A DNA stretch of 64,000 nucleotides from Carcharhinus amblyrhynchos (taxonomy: Eukaryota). The position numbers and the translations under genes are program-made. Under the pieces are notes generated by a model, which saw only the letters and a list, made by a program, of their open reading frames with translations, was not told where the DNA came from and did no database searches. Below, one piece after another: positions 11,309-24,319 of this stretch. The stretch lies in contig OZ336877.1 of NCBI GenBank assembly GCA_965287045.1, positions 52,328,001-52,392,000 of the forward strand, in the 5' to 3' direction. Every line of letters starts with the position of its first letter. Position 1 is the first letter of the stretch.

Positions 11309-13269
11309 CCACAACTTCACTAGAAATCAATAGATAAGTATAATTTGTTTAAACCTACACTGAGGAATTTGTAGTGGTAACAAAGAAAGGTGGAATCATT
11401 TGTGTGTTTTAAACAGGCTATAGTAGTGATAAGAATTGGGATTTTATATCTTGTTTAATAAAGAAGTGTTTTGATTCAAAAATAATGGTGTTGTGTCTGT
11501 CAATCGAATGAGCAAGGATTTAGGCAACAGTCCTTTTGTGGCCACAGAGCTGGGTATTTCACTTCCAGCTTAGAAACTGTAGCATCTAGGCTGAAGATTC
11601 TCTAATATCTATAATACATGGCACCCAGAACAACCAGCAGCCTTAGATATCACAAGAGCCACAGCACTACAGGCACAAAATGGCTGCTTTGGCTTTGTTA
11701 GCTACTGGACAGGCACTATTCCACAGAGACAAACTGATTGAAACTGAGGCCATCATGAAGATGCAATGAGGACAGTAGGCTTGGTTCACAGCAATGTATA
11801 ACACCGGCAAGTTAAGGAAGACTAGTAGCAGTCAATACAGTACTGGTGAGTAAATTCCTACTCTGAGAGTTGATCTAGTCAAAATCAAAAACAAAGGAAC
11901 ACAAGAGAAGGAAGATTAAAAAATAAGAAAACGTGGAGAAATTGATATTTTCTTCACTACGCACAGCCTATACAAAGATTGTACATTTTTCTCCTCTCAT
12001 GCACTGTATAATTTCAATGATTAACAAACTAAAGAATAAAAAATGGCATTCCAACTCGAATCCAACAATAACTGAAACTTAAATAAGCTTCCGTTCATGA
12101 AAAGATGCACAGTAAGGAAACTTTCAATTACAAGATCCAGGGCATTCTCCACAGAACCACATTTGTGAGAACAGAGCAGAATGTATGCACACCCAAGCAA
12201 TATTCATTAAACCTTATAAACATTTTCCATTTTATCAGTGCACATTGAACCTTAGTAAAGTACTGTCCAAAGACTAACATGTCTGTCCCAATGACTCAGA
12301 GCAGTGTGCGTGCACTGTCAGACTGTTTACGTTAGCAGTCAGATAAAAAACAGTCCCATAAAAGTGTATTTAATGGACATGAGCCTTAATACAAAAACAG
12401 CCCAAAACACAAACTTTATTCAGTAAGTCAGAACAGAAAAAGGTGCGCAATCAATGGTCATGCTGGCAGTGTGAAGAAAACAGCCTTCAAGAATAGGAAC
12501 AAGCAAAATGCACTTTGTACGAGACATGATCATTCAGCAGATGGAACGAGTCAAACTATTCTTTTTTGAGACACTGCATAGCCCCCGGTGATTTGCAGAT
12601 AATATTCTACCACTATATATTCTACCACTGTACCTTACAGTTTTCTCCATTTCAGCAAGGTGAAAAATGATGAGCTCAAAACTGAAGGATCTTGGTACTG
12701 AAGTGTCTCCCGCCACATAACAGTTGACTCCTGGCAGGCAGCTGAGGAATTTGAGGAACTCCTTGAGGAATTTCTTTTGCAGCCTAATCTTGTCTGCCAC
12801 ACGACACTGATGGAGTTGTCTGAGGATGAAGTCCCTGACAAGAGCTATTGAACTGATAACCAGCTGTATTGAATTCTTGTATTGCAATTGCCACCCTCTC
12901 AATTGGTCCTGGCTCTGGCTTCAGGCACCAGCTGGATGACTGGTGTGAAGGTGGCCACCGAATCCTGTAAATCCTGAGTCACTACATTAGTTAGACACTG
13001 GGACCCACACAGAGGTGAACTTACAATGAAACACTCTGTGCCTAGATATAGGGCCCCCCTCCGTACCAATGGGGGAGCTCCATGCCAGCCGGTGTCTGCG
13101 GGCACCAATCAGAGACTGATAACTCTTCATTTACTAATAGGTTCATTTGTATTTGTTGAGCCTATCAGCAGCAATGCAGAGCAAGATCAGATTCTGATTG
13201 GATGAGTCTCCTTAGAGCAGGAAAACACTAGTGAACGTTGACGTAACTCGGAGGGAGGGAGGCAGCAGT

Positions 13270-15440
13270 CAAGGTGAAGATCTCCTGCATTTACTTAACT
13301 AACTTTTTTGCGAATTGGTGAAACAAGCCACAAGGGAGTTGATGAGCCAGCCAGCTGGTCAGGACTCCAAAGCAAGCCCTCATCAAGGGGAACTGGGACA
13401 ATTAGAAATTGGTTGATTTTTTTCAGAACCTCGCAGGCAGCCTACTGTTGTGTTTTTAAAATTATTCCCTGTCCCTCGTAAATAAAACAAACATTCATCG
13501 ATGGGTACTCTAACTGGTGAAATGCTGCAAGAGATATTGCTGGTCATGAAACCTCCAAAGCTCATATTAACGAGATTGTATGTGTTCATTCAAAGATGTA
13601 AATCATATGGAGGAATTGATTCTGTGTTATCGGCTCAGTTTAAAAAGAAGTGTTATTGGAGCAAAGTGCTAAGACGGGTTGCTGCCACAGTCAAACTCCT
13701 GTCTTCTTGGGGACTATCTCTAAGAGGACATGATGAATCAGCCGCATCATCTCATAAAGGTATTTTTTTAACCTGCCTGAATAGCTCAGTGAATTTGATG
13801 AGCTTCTCAAAGATTATTTGGAAAGTTACCAATATTGTGGTTCAGGGAAGACCAATTTTTTAATGTACAGAACCTACAATGACTCCATTACTACATCGGC
13901 AGAGTGACTCAGAAACCAATTCACAAATGAAGTAAAAGGTGCCAAATGCGATACTGTAATAGTTGATTCAACACTAGATGTGAGTCATGCGGATCAATTA
14001 ACATTAATTTTAAGACACATGACCAGCTATGGTGAAGTTGGAAAGTGATTTATTTGTTTTGTCCAGTTACAATTCCACCCTTCCGAACGTCTGTCGACAA
14101 CTGTTTGTAATCATTGCAAATTTAGATTTGGATACCAAAAATTGTTGTGGTTAGAGCTTCGATGATGTTGCAAATATGGTAGGAAAATATTCATATCTAC
14201 AAGCAAGACTGAACAAAACAAGCCATTCTGCATTATTCATCCTATGTTCCAGTCACTCCTTGAACTTACAACGCTGAATCCTGTGAGTAAGCTGTACACT
14301 TTTATGACTCTGCTCAAAATGTGTATGCCTTTTTCTCAGTTTCCCCATATCAGAGGAATATATTGCAATCATGCTGGAGTAGACAAATGGAAAATATTTG
14401 ATGGTCAAAAGAAGTTGTGGTGCCAGGTGGTCAGATGCTGTTTCTGCTTTGAAAATGAACTTTGTAGATATAAAGGAAACTTTATCAGGCATGGCTGCAT
14501 CAAATTCAGAAAAAAAAATGCGTGAAAGCTGAAAGCAAAGAAGTTTAAGAAGTGTGAAATTGCTTTTTTTATTGTTTCATTGAACTATTTACTTCTAGGA
14601 ATTAATGCCACCAGCAAACCACTGCAAAATGTTGATACAACTTTATTGAATGATACACAGTTGTTTGCAAGTTTATTTATGAGTGTCACAAGTAGGCTTA
14701 AATTAACACTGCAATGAAGTTACTGTCACTCTCCGACACCTGTTTGGGTACATTGAGGGAGAATTTACCATGGCCAATGTACCTAACTAGTATGTCTTTT
14801 AGACCATGGGAGGAAACAAGAGCACCCGGAGGAAATCCACACTGACATGGGGAGAATGGGCAGACTCCACACAGTGACCCAAACTGGGAATCGAACCTGG
14901 GTCCCTGGCATGTGAGGCAGCAGTGCTAACCCTGCGCCACTATGCTACCCTCAGTTAGCCTCAGTTAAAGGTTTGTCACGGAAGTTCAAAATAACTTTAA
15001 CTCAGTGGGAAGCAGAGCCTAGCTAACAAAAATATAGGCCCCTCTTACAAGCATACAAGACGCAGCGAGTTGTTTTTCGATGAAACAATGAAATCATTTT
15101 AAAAGGGGAAAAGGTCACCATTGAGGAAATCAATCTTATTTATGACTCAATAATAGTGCAATTGCAGAGAGGAAGTGAATCTCTTCAGAAAACTGTTGAT
15201 TTATTTTGCAAGCTTCTTGAGAGAAGTTTGGATGAGGACACTAAAAGCTACTAAGGTAAGAAATTAAGTGAATTCTAGACACATATCTATTTCAAGATGA
15301 AATTAAACATTTATTTCATCAATCAAAATTTGTGTAGATTTGTACTTGATGGTTTGCAAGTCACCCTTTCCAAATGTGAAAACTGTTCTGAAACTTTTTT
15401 TTAACAATACCTGCCACAAAATTACTTCCAGTGAATTTTT
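13270..15440 (+). pseudogene. Decayed hAT (Tip100/ZMYM1-like, DUF4371) transposase
   Basis: Frameshifted motifs RNWLIFSE, YWSKVLRRVAATVKLLSSWGLSLRGHDE, IVDSTLDVSHADQLTLILR, SFDDVANMVGKY, ALFILCSSHSLNL and C-terminal FPNVKTVLKLF; interrupted by a SINE. Confidence 0.85.
14672..14950 (-). mobile_element. HE1/V-SINE with alternative (non-CR1) tail, inserted in the hAT relic
   Basis: Reverse V-SINE head and body; tail cagtaacttcattgcagtgttaatttaagcctacttgtgacactcataaataaa. Confidence 0.88.
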
Positions 15441-15586
15441 TTTATATATATTAAAAGTGTTTTTAAAAATTTCTGTATTGAAAACAGTTATTTCAGAAGT
15501 CTGGTATCAGCCATATAAATGTCAGGTTGACTGATTCTGAGAGATTAGCACCTTGATGCTGGGCATGTTGACTTGGGAGAAGACAT

Positions 15587-15708
15587 TGGTTTTGGACCAC
15601 CTTTCTTGGTACCTAATCTGGAGGATCCTGCGGAGGCATTGCTAGTGGTTTTGGACCACCTTTCTTGGTACCTAATCTGGAGGATCCTGCGGAGGCATTG
15701 CTAGTGGT
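15587..15708. repeat. Perfect 59-bp tandem duplication
   Basis: tggttttggaccacc...ggcattgctag x2, followed by tggt. Confidence 0.95.
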
Positions 15709-15772
15709 ACTTCACAATTGCTTTGAGGTGTCTGCTGTGCATTGCCTAACTCTCCAAAGCATACATACATGT

Positions 15773-16143
15773 GAGGAGGTGTTGGCCTAGTGGTATTATT
15801 GCTGGATTATTTATCCAGAAAACTCAGCTAATGTCATGGAGACATGGTTTCGAATCTCGCCATAGCAGATGGTAGAATTTGAATTCAGTAAAAAACATCC
15901 AAAACTAAGAATCTACTGATGACCATGAAACCATTGTTGCTTATTGAAAAAGCCCATCCAGTTCACTAACGTCCTTTAAGGAAGGAAATCTGCCATCCTT
16001 ACCTGGTCTGACCTACACGTGACTTCAGAGCCACAGCAATGTAGTTGACTCTCAACTGCCCTCTGAACAAGGACAGCTAGGGATGGGCAATAAATGCTGG
16101 CCAGCCAGTGACGCTCATGTACCATGAATTAATAATAATAAAT
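15773..16143 (+). mobile_element. tRNA-derived SINE (second family) with LINE-type tail
   Basis: A-box-like tggcctagtgg, B-box-like ggtttcgaatctc, tail ggatgggcaataaatgctggccagccagtgacgc...aataataata. Confidence 0.8.
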
Positions 16144-16879
16144 ACAGGAGTGTTGGATCACTGCTGCAGTAAACCATAAGGCAGGGAATACAGCTATTGA
16201 GATGGAGGTGGTTCCAGCAGGCTAAATCAGAGTATTCTTAGATGAAAACAGAATAATGAAACCCTCAATATTCTCATCCTGGAGACCAACAAGTATATAG
16301 AGATCAGGGTCTTCCTCCTCAATTGGCTCTTATGGTATATCTCAAGTTGATGGATAAACAGATATAAAATTAGAATATATGAGTATGTCCCACTTGGGTG
16401 CCCTCCCCATTTAAAGGAGTTGGATCAGGTTTACAACCTTTCTTCTATTTTCAATTAATTTCTGAACTCTTGAATTTGCCATCATTACTTGCTTTATCTC
16501 AACAAACGACTTGGCACATATTCTGGCCATGTGGACAATTGGCACAAGTACAAGTACAAGTCTCCCACATTCTACTCCCATATATTTTATGGTTCTTTTA
16601 TCCTTCCATCTCTATCAGATGTTTACTTTCTCTTTCATATAACTGACTAAAGATTTTGTTATAATTAATATGATGTCGATGTTAGATTGCTAAAATGCCA
16701 CTTGCTGGTATAGGCAATCTATGCCAGTATTTTTCCAAGGGAAGGACAAGCAGGCATTGTACTGGAACTATGCGCCACTTCTGCCTTTTTGTCCTTTCCT
16801 ATACAATTATAATTAAAATTCTAAATGGCAGGGCATGCAGGCGAAACATATGTAATTTAACAGTGGGAAAGGTTTTTTT

Positions 16880-19700
16880 TGGTGAAAGCTGCTGTCATCA
16901 GACAATGCTTCATCTGTAGGTGGCCTATTAAAAAGTCTCCTGTTCAAACAAAAAGGGTGTGCATCGTGGCCAGGACATTCCACTGCCTGAGAGTGCCATA
17001 TTATTTGAAGAAATGTATGAACCATTAAACCAAACTAGTCCTTGGTCCAGCAATGCCTCCCTCCATGTTCTGTCAGCCAGAGAAAGGTGGGAAGTGCGCT
17101 TTTCTGAAGATGGCATCAGAAGGCAGGCCCAGCAGACCACAGCAACCTAAATGGAGGTGGCAGAGGAAATAGGCTTCAGAGGAGAAACAAGACTAACCCT
17201 GGCACTGGCAGGAAATGGATCAATAACCAGCCCCAATCTGCAAGGGCTAATGTTGCATCTTCAACAAGAATCTCTTGTACGATCATCAATAATGTATATG
17301 TGTGACTGAGGAGCGATGCCAGAAGAGTAGATGTGTGATCAACGTTAGTGCCACATGGCAATTAAGTGTAGGGATGTTTGTCTTTTGTGTGCAATTGCAG
17401 GATGCAACATGCGAATATCTGGACTATATGTGTGATGGAGATGTGTGCAGACAAGTGGTTAGGTGCCATTTGACATATCACTAACTTTGAACTTTGTCAG
17501 AAGGGACAAGTAGCCTTGCAATGCCAGGGAGAGGAGATGCTCAGGAGGAGTTCCTGACCTGAAGTTCCTCACAGCTGTCAAGGAGATCAAGGCAGATCAG
17601 TGGAGATTGGTCGAGCATTTGATCCACAAGACATGCATTCCATTACTCTAGCCATGGGTTCAGTGCAGCAGCAGCTTGGCCAGAGGGACAAAGACCCTTG
17701 TCCTCTCCTCAAGGAGCAAGGGAGGAGGTATCCTTGTACACCTACATGGAGAAGGAATGCATGCCAGCTGTCATAGGGCTTTCCTGTCAGGATACCTCCA
17801 AGGTTAACAGTGTCTCTTTAATCTGAAAACCTCCAGCAGCAAAGGTCTAGGGGGACGGTATGCTGGAGTCCTCAAGGCTGCAAGCCCCCAGGGGATGTCC
17901 ACCACAGTCCATTATGACACTGAGCAGACTGCCTCCCCCCTCCCTCCTTATGTTGGTGTTGTTAAAACATAGTGATGGAAATGAAAATTGCATAAAACAT
18001 GATCCATAAGATAGCACTGATGATTTTTTTCATGTCTGTCTCACTTATTAAAATATGCACAAAATAATTTATTTCCTGTAATGATTTATAATTATTGAGA
18101 AGTTTTGGGTTGTTTCATAGTATCAGATAAAGCAGTCATGGCCTGGCCCATGCTCCTGGCAGTGTGATGGCTAGAGGGGAGATAGAGACACAAACAACTA
18201 TTCCTGAATGAGATGTGTTGTGTTTTTGTGCGTTTTGGACTGAATATTCATGTGAATGGCCAATTCTGTGATAATCATTCTGTGGAATATGACTGAAAAT
18301 AGGTGATTTCCTCACCTGTGCATTTTCGAGAATATTGCCCCAACTCACTCTCAGAGGGTATAAGTGAGACAAGTGCAGTTGCAATCAAAGCACTTCGAAG
18401 ATGATGCTGGATCAGAACAATGGGGCAAGGTAATTTGTTACATGGCTGTCCACATACCTTTAAGATGTCTTTAGTACGAAAACTCACTGGCAAGTATGTG
18501 TCACACAGCTTCATTCCCCATTCAATTCTAGGTTCATAGTTTGTTCAGCAAGGGAAGTTGGCAGGGCTAAGTCTGCACCCCAGGAAGATGATGGAGGTCA
18601 GGCAATGGGAGTGATGCAGATGTGATATTTTTTGTATGAACCTTCATAAATCAGGTTGTCCATTGTACAACTCTCCATGACCCGGCATCCAGAATAGGCT
18701 CATTTGGATTTCCTGCTCTAACAAATCCTAATTACCTGAGAAACTCTGCTGTACCTCTGCTCTTCCCTTTATAAGCCTTGTCTGCTTAACAGCACCAGGT
18801 TGTGCTGTGCACAGCAGAGTGCTACTATTCCTTCCTACTATTCCAGACTGGTCAAGGCAATGGAAATGCATATTAAGCAGCCAAACTGTGCTCAATGATG
18901 TCTCTGGTGGACACAAGAGCTTGACTGCAGTGTTCCAATGCCTTGGTCTGACAATGCCTCACTGACATCATCAGTCACATCCACAGGGGATACTCCTCAT
19001 CCACCACTCTGGGCTGGGGCTTCAATAAGCTCCATGATCTATGAATTGCGCAAGATATATGAGTCTTGTTAACTCCCTGGGAAACAAGCAAAGACCTGCA
19101 TTATTCTTCTCCTGTGGTTGCACATCAGTCATACATTCAAAGAGTGAACACCTTCATAATGTACCAATGCAGTTGACTGTTCCCGGGGAGATTTTATGGC
19201 CACATGAATGCAGTCGATGTCACCTTACACTCGAGGAAACTGAAAGATGGCACTGAACTCAGCTCACCTTGCAGCTGGCTGTCTTCATTGGTGAAGTCAA
19301 GAAAATTATTGATTAAACAGGGCATCAGTCAGCTCTTTTATGTATATGTCCATGGCAGCCTACGAGATGCCACATCTATCACCACCTCACTGGCATAGAA
19401 ATTGCTCGCTGCTGGGGACCACTGGCATGGGGTTCCCACCAACTTTCTATAGCTGTGTGCCTAGATGAACAATCCAACATATCACGGTGCCCATTTCCTA
19501 AGGTATGTTTCTGGCATCACCACATCACCACTGTGCCTTTTGAAAGTAGTTTGTTCTTGTCATCCAGATGCCCTGACCTGAAAATGTCAGTCTTCACCAG
19601 TGCCTTCCCTCAATGTTTATGTCTCTCTGGTGTTGCCTGCTATCGACCAGGAGGCCTCTGTTGCAGGGCAGCAAGCGCTCTTCTTCTTTGTGTTGTTGTG
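16880..19700. mobile_element. Decayed PIF/Harbinger transposon with Myb/SANT ORF (+) and transposase (-)
   Basis: + strand about 17040-17175: PWSSNASLHVLSARERWEVRFSEDG...MEVAEEI. Minus strand about 18800-19270: FPRV*GDIDCIHVAIKSP...GVHSLNV*LMCNH...FPGS*QDSYILRNS and LLNMHFHCLDQSG. Confidence 0.82.
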
Positions 19701-19706
19701 TCAAGG

Positions 19707-20781
19707 TGAGACAGAGTGAACTGGCTCCCCTCTATTCAACTGCCTCAGTTGGTCACAACAAAAGTTTAAGTTTTTCTTTCACGAGAATATGTCTTTTCCT
19801 AATTTAAATGTGTTTAACTATTTATGCAGTGAGCAATAAGGTGCCAGTAAAACAAGGTTTTCTTGAATTAAGAAAAGAGCAAATTTATTCCCATTAAACC
19901 CAAGAAAATGAAAGCTCAATGTCACACTCACACAGGTGTCAGATGTAAGGGGAGTTAGAGTCCAATAAAAAAATGGTTAAAAGAATACATAATTAAGTGT
20001 CCTTCAATTGTCCTTGAGGCAGAGAGTTTAAAATGTTGCAGCCAATGTGGATCAGTTGGTTTAGTGAATATGGTCTGGTGTAGAAAATGTTGCAATTATT
20101 ATGAGATTGCAGTTTGCTGGTAGATTTCTGCTGACGTCTGGACTAATTAATACACTGGTTCCAAAACAGAGAGAAAGCAGGAGCTTTCAGCCTGCTTCAT
20201 CTGCTGAAGTTTCTCTTGCAATCCCTCTGCAAGAGCTAAAACCTGACCTGTTGCACTTCACCCATTGTGTATTTCCAAGAGGTTTTGGGTGGGTCCATCT
20301 GTGACCACCATTGTTTCAATAACCAGCACTTTGTGCTTTAATGTCTCTCCCTTGGACAGTGATGAGTTTCATTTGGGTCTCTGAATGATAGAAAATTGAT
20401 GGGATTTCCTCCTCATAATTTGTTTTTAAACAGCGGTGGAGGTGGCCCGCCATCGGTTGGTGACAGGATCTTCTGCTCCTGCCAGTGTCAATGGGTTTTC
20501 ATGTTGTTCGCCCCCTTTGCCACTAGGGAACCTGTGGTGGGGGTCACTATCTGCTGCACTGGAAGATCCCAACACTAGAAATGGCCAAGAAACTTTGGCC
20601 AATGTCTCTCTCGTCATACTCCTCTGACAATGTCATGTTTGCTCTTTCACCTTCACTTTGGAAGCTGACCTTCCATTTTTAAGTAGTTTGTTCTAACTGA
20701 TTTCAAATAGCAAAATTTCTTGTTAGCTGAAAAGTGAAAAAATAATATTTTTCAAAAACAAAAGGGTATAGCCTCATGGCA
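19707..20781. mobile_element. Possible LTR-like repeat with an internal MITE (about 20400-20570)
   Basis: TG...CA-like ends and LTR-like composition, but no TSD found. Confidence 0.3.
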
Positions 20782-21289
20782 AATATAAATTTTACATCCT
20801 GCTGAATTAAGTCCTCATTTTCTGCCCCATGCAGGCTCCATTAAGAACTCCTTCCCATAGTTGATGAAATAAGAATGCTGCTACCACAAAATAATTTCAG
20901 GTAAGACTTTCAGCTTTAGGAATATGCATGCTGATATTCCATAAATTTCTTAATTTTTTTACAAGAAAATGCATATAAACAGTATATAAATGCCAATCTA
21001 TATTTTCTTTCCCCCCCCTTAATAATCGCAAATCAAGAAAGCACAGTTATGAAGAATTTAGCCAACATTATAAGAGTGCAAGTTGTAATAATCCAAATTC
21101 TGATTCCTAAAGGAACATTTTAGGCTGCCCTCCCCACATTTTGAATGTGGTCTTAAGCAGGTGGATATTCCTAAGCAAAAATTGCCGGTATCTGAAAAAT
21201 CAAATAGCTGCAGCTTCGTGTGAAATATAAATTCTGAGATATGGAGAAGAATATACCTACACTCTATTCCTGGTGAAGAAAGCATTAAA

Positions 21290-22082
21290 ACTTAGAAACA
21301 TAGAAAGCAGGAGCAGGAGTAGGCCATTCAGCCTATCGAGCCTGCTCCACCATTCAATATGACCATTACTGATCATCCAATGCAATAACCTGTTCCTGCC
21401 CAAGAACAAAGCTCTGTATAACTGGAGCAAGATACTCCTGCTCCTATACTTCAAACCTTTCATCATGAAGACCAAAACACCACTTGTCTTCTTCAGCGCC
21501 TGCTGCACCTACATGCTTCTTTCAGTGATTGATGTACAAGGACACTCTTTATACATTCGCCTCTCTCAATCTATAGCCAGATAATAATCTGCCTTCCTGC
21601 TTTTACTACCAAAGTGGATAACCTCACATTTATCCACATGTACCTCATCTGCCATGCGTTTGCCCACTCACTCAACTTGTCCAAGTCTGCCAACCAGTTT
21701 TCCATCCACTACCCCCAATCCCATGCCCTTTAATTTTACACACTAATCTCTTATATGAGACTTTGTCAAAAACTTGTCTGGAAGTCTAAATAAACAACAT
21801 CCACTGCCTCCCTCTCATTAACTCCACTAGTTACATCCGTGAAGAATTCCAGTAAGTTTGTCAAGCGTGACTTTCCTTTCACAAATCTGTGCAGTCTCTG
21901 TCTGTTTCTGCTACTGTTTTCCAACTACACTGCTATCTTTTATAATGGACTCGAGCACTTTCCCCACTATCGATGTCAGACTGAGTAGCCTTTAATTCCC
22001 TGTTTCTCTCTACCTCCTGTTTTAACTAGTGGGGTTACATCAGCTATCCTCCAATCCATAGGAACTGTTCCAGAGTCTATAG
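21290..22082 (-). mobile_element. CR1-like LINE fragments with 3' tail
   Basis: Tail tagaaacatagaaagcagg...ggccattcagcc; KGLKYRSRSILLQLYRAL; RT segments with internal deletions. Confidence 0.85.
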
Positions 22083-22169
22083 AAAGTTTAGCTTCTCCAT
22101 TTGAAATACTTTGAATGCATCATCTACAGTTTTTAGTTTTACTTTCCTCAAACTCCTCAGGGATATGGA

Positions 22170-23310
22170 TACTGACTGATGAGACGTCCAAGGTATAAGC
22201 AAGAATCAATGAACTGGAACGGTTACCATAAGATTGCATTACACTAGAAGAGAACAGAAAATAGACACGGTCAGTGCATAGCTATTCTTCTCAATCAATT
22301 AACTGCAAAAGCATTAAAAGGGAGTGGAATCCATTGAATTATCAAATTACCACACTAGAATTCATCACCAGCCATTGGAAAACTTGCATTAATAGAACGT
22401 TATGCTCCACCAAGTAATAGTTTTGAGCAAGAGAAACAAAATTTTTTATGACAAGCTGGCCAATGATTTATATATTGCAACAAAGAAAATCTTGATAAAC
22501 TTATGGTCAATGGAGAGCTGAATTGAAAACCCTAACCCAAATGCATGACATTTGAAGAAAGAACTGATGCATGCAACATTGGTAAGATAAGTGAAAATAG
22601 TAAGAGTCTTCCTTTCTGCTGGAAATTAATAATTGGTGAACCGATTTTGCACACAGAGATATAGCCATTACCCATGCTGAGCTTTCCAGGAAGCGTAACC
22701 AGAAATTGGATTGAGTATCAGAGCTAAGTGGTGGAAATCTCTATAAGACGTCCGATCACATAAAGGATCAAGCATTAGAAGTGACCACAATCTGCTAATA
22801 GTTAAGACCAATATAACAAATAGAAACAAGTTCAAGTGTCTTGACTTCCACATAACATCAACAGATTGAAAGATCCACATATAAGTGAACAGTTCCAGCT
22901 ACATCTCAAGGAAAACAGAGATTGAGCAGTGGAACCAATTTAAAACCTTGATAACCACTGTGGGACACTGGAGACTGAGCGATAAACCAATAGGAATGGA
23001 ACCTAATTGAAGAACAAACAAAAATCAAGAATTGTGATTAGTAAAATAACCCCTTATGGATCTCTAAATATGTCTTAGGGGGGTAAAGGTAAAAAAAACC
23101 TATCTAAAATTGTGAAAAAAGACGAGGAGCACAGAAAACAGCTGCTCAGAATTCTCTCAAGACTATAAAAGTTAATGAAACAACTTATTGCACAATCAAC
23201 ATCCAGATATCAGTGTCTGTGAAAAGTAAGCAAGATACAGTTCTCACTGCAGAACGTAAAACAATTCCAAGAAATGCTTAACCACCCTGATCCAAGGTCA
23301 GCACCTCATT
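22170..23310 (+). mobile_element. RTE-clade LINE, decayed endonuclease region
   Basis: YAPPSNSFEQEKQNFYDKL and KWWKSL*DVRSHKGSSIRSDHNLLIVK resemble APE-endonuclease motifs (YAP, SDH) of RTE/BovB-like elements. Confidence 0.7.
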
Positions 23311-23383
23311 TAAGAGTAAAAGCTAGGATTAAAACTACTAGGAGATGGGTTGCTAGTCAGAATAAAGAAAGTAATAGATTGGT

Positions 23384-24237
23384 AGGGCTGGGTGTTATGG
23401 TCCCTACCATGTGTTTGCAGGTGGGGGTGGGGCATGTACAATCGAATAAGTGGCTAGTCCACTGCCCTCCAGTCCACCCCTGAGTTGTTACCCCACCATA
23501 CAGTGAGTGGGTAAGGCATCAGCCAAAACTGGCCGATTAGGCCAATCAGGTCCATTAACTGCCTAATTAGTTGCCAATTAATGACTTGTTTCCACCTCTT
23601 CCTCAACAATGCTTGCTGATCTTCTCCCTGTGGCCTAGGTCACTGAACTGGTAGACCATAAACCTAGAGCAATGGCTGGGGCTCCAGGCTTGAATCCCAC
23701 CACAGTCAACAGTAGATCATCCTGTGGCAAGCATGGGTGAGCTGAAATATATATGTAAATAGGAGACCCTAACCAAAATATTTGCAGCTGGAGGTACTGG
23801 AATGAAGGAGCCCAGACTACTTTTTCACCATCTCAAGCTAAAAGACAGGAAAGAAATAGGGCATTTCCAATTGAAGGGGGGTGACTTTCCTCCTTGCGGG
23901 AGGGCCCTGTGCCCATTAGGGCACCATCCCAAGACAGCACACCCACTTTATGCCTTCCCCAGTCCCCAAAAGCTGAAAACCAACCCCAGCTTCTTCCTTG
24001 GGTCTTAATCATCCCTAACAAATAACCCTAGACTCATCGTTCAGTCCACCATCTGTTCCTTCCCCTTGGGGTTGCATGCACTCCCAGCAGTGCACCTCAG
24101 AGGGCTGGTGCTGCTGGGACTAATAACATGCTGGACGGTGGAAGAGGGCACCCTCAACTTGGGCTGCCGGCAGTATATTGTTGCTGTGGGGCAACCCAAT
24201 GACTCACAATATGCAGCTCTTCTGTAAAATTCACTCC
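23384..24237. mobile_element. Larger Harbinger-type non-autonomous element with a nested SINE head
   Basis: Ends gggctgggtgttat...gtaaaattcactcc; GC-rich body; SINE-like head at about 23630-23715. Confidence 0.4.
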
Positions 24238-24319
24238 ATAGAATTGTAGCCAATGTAATTGTCTAATACCTTAAGAAATTAGAATGTAATGATTAATCCA
24301 GCAAGCGGAATGCTTAAAA

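Noticed and set aside
13501-13863. Host ZMYM1-like gene exon
   Set aside because: Part of a continuous, intronless, frameshifted hAT transposase interrupted by a SINE.
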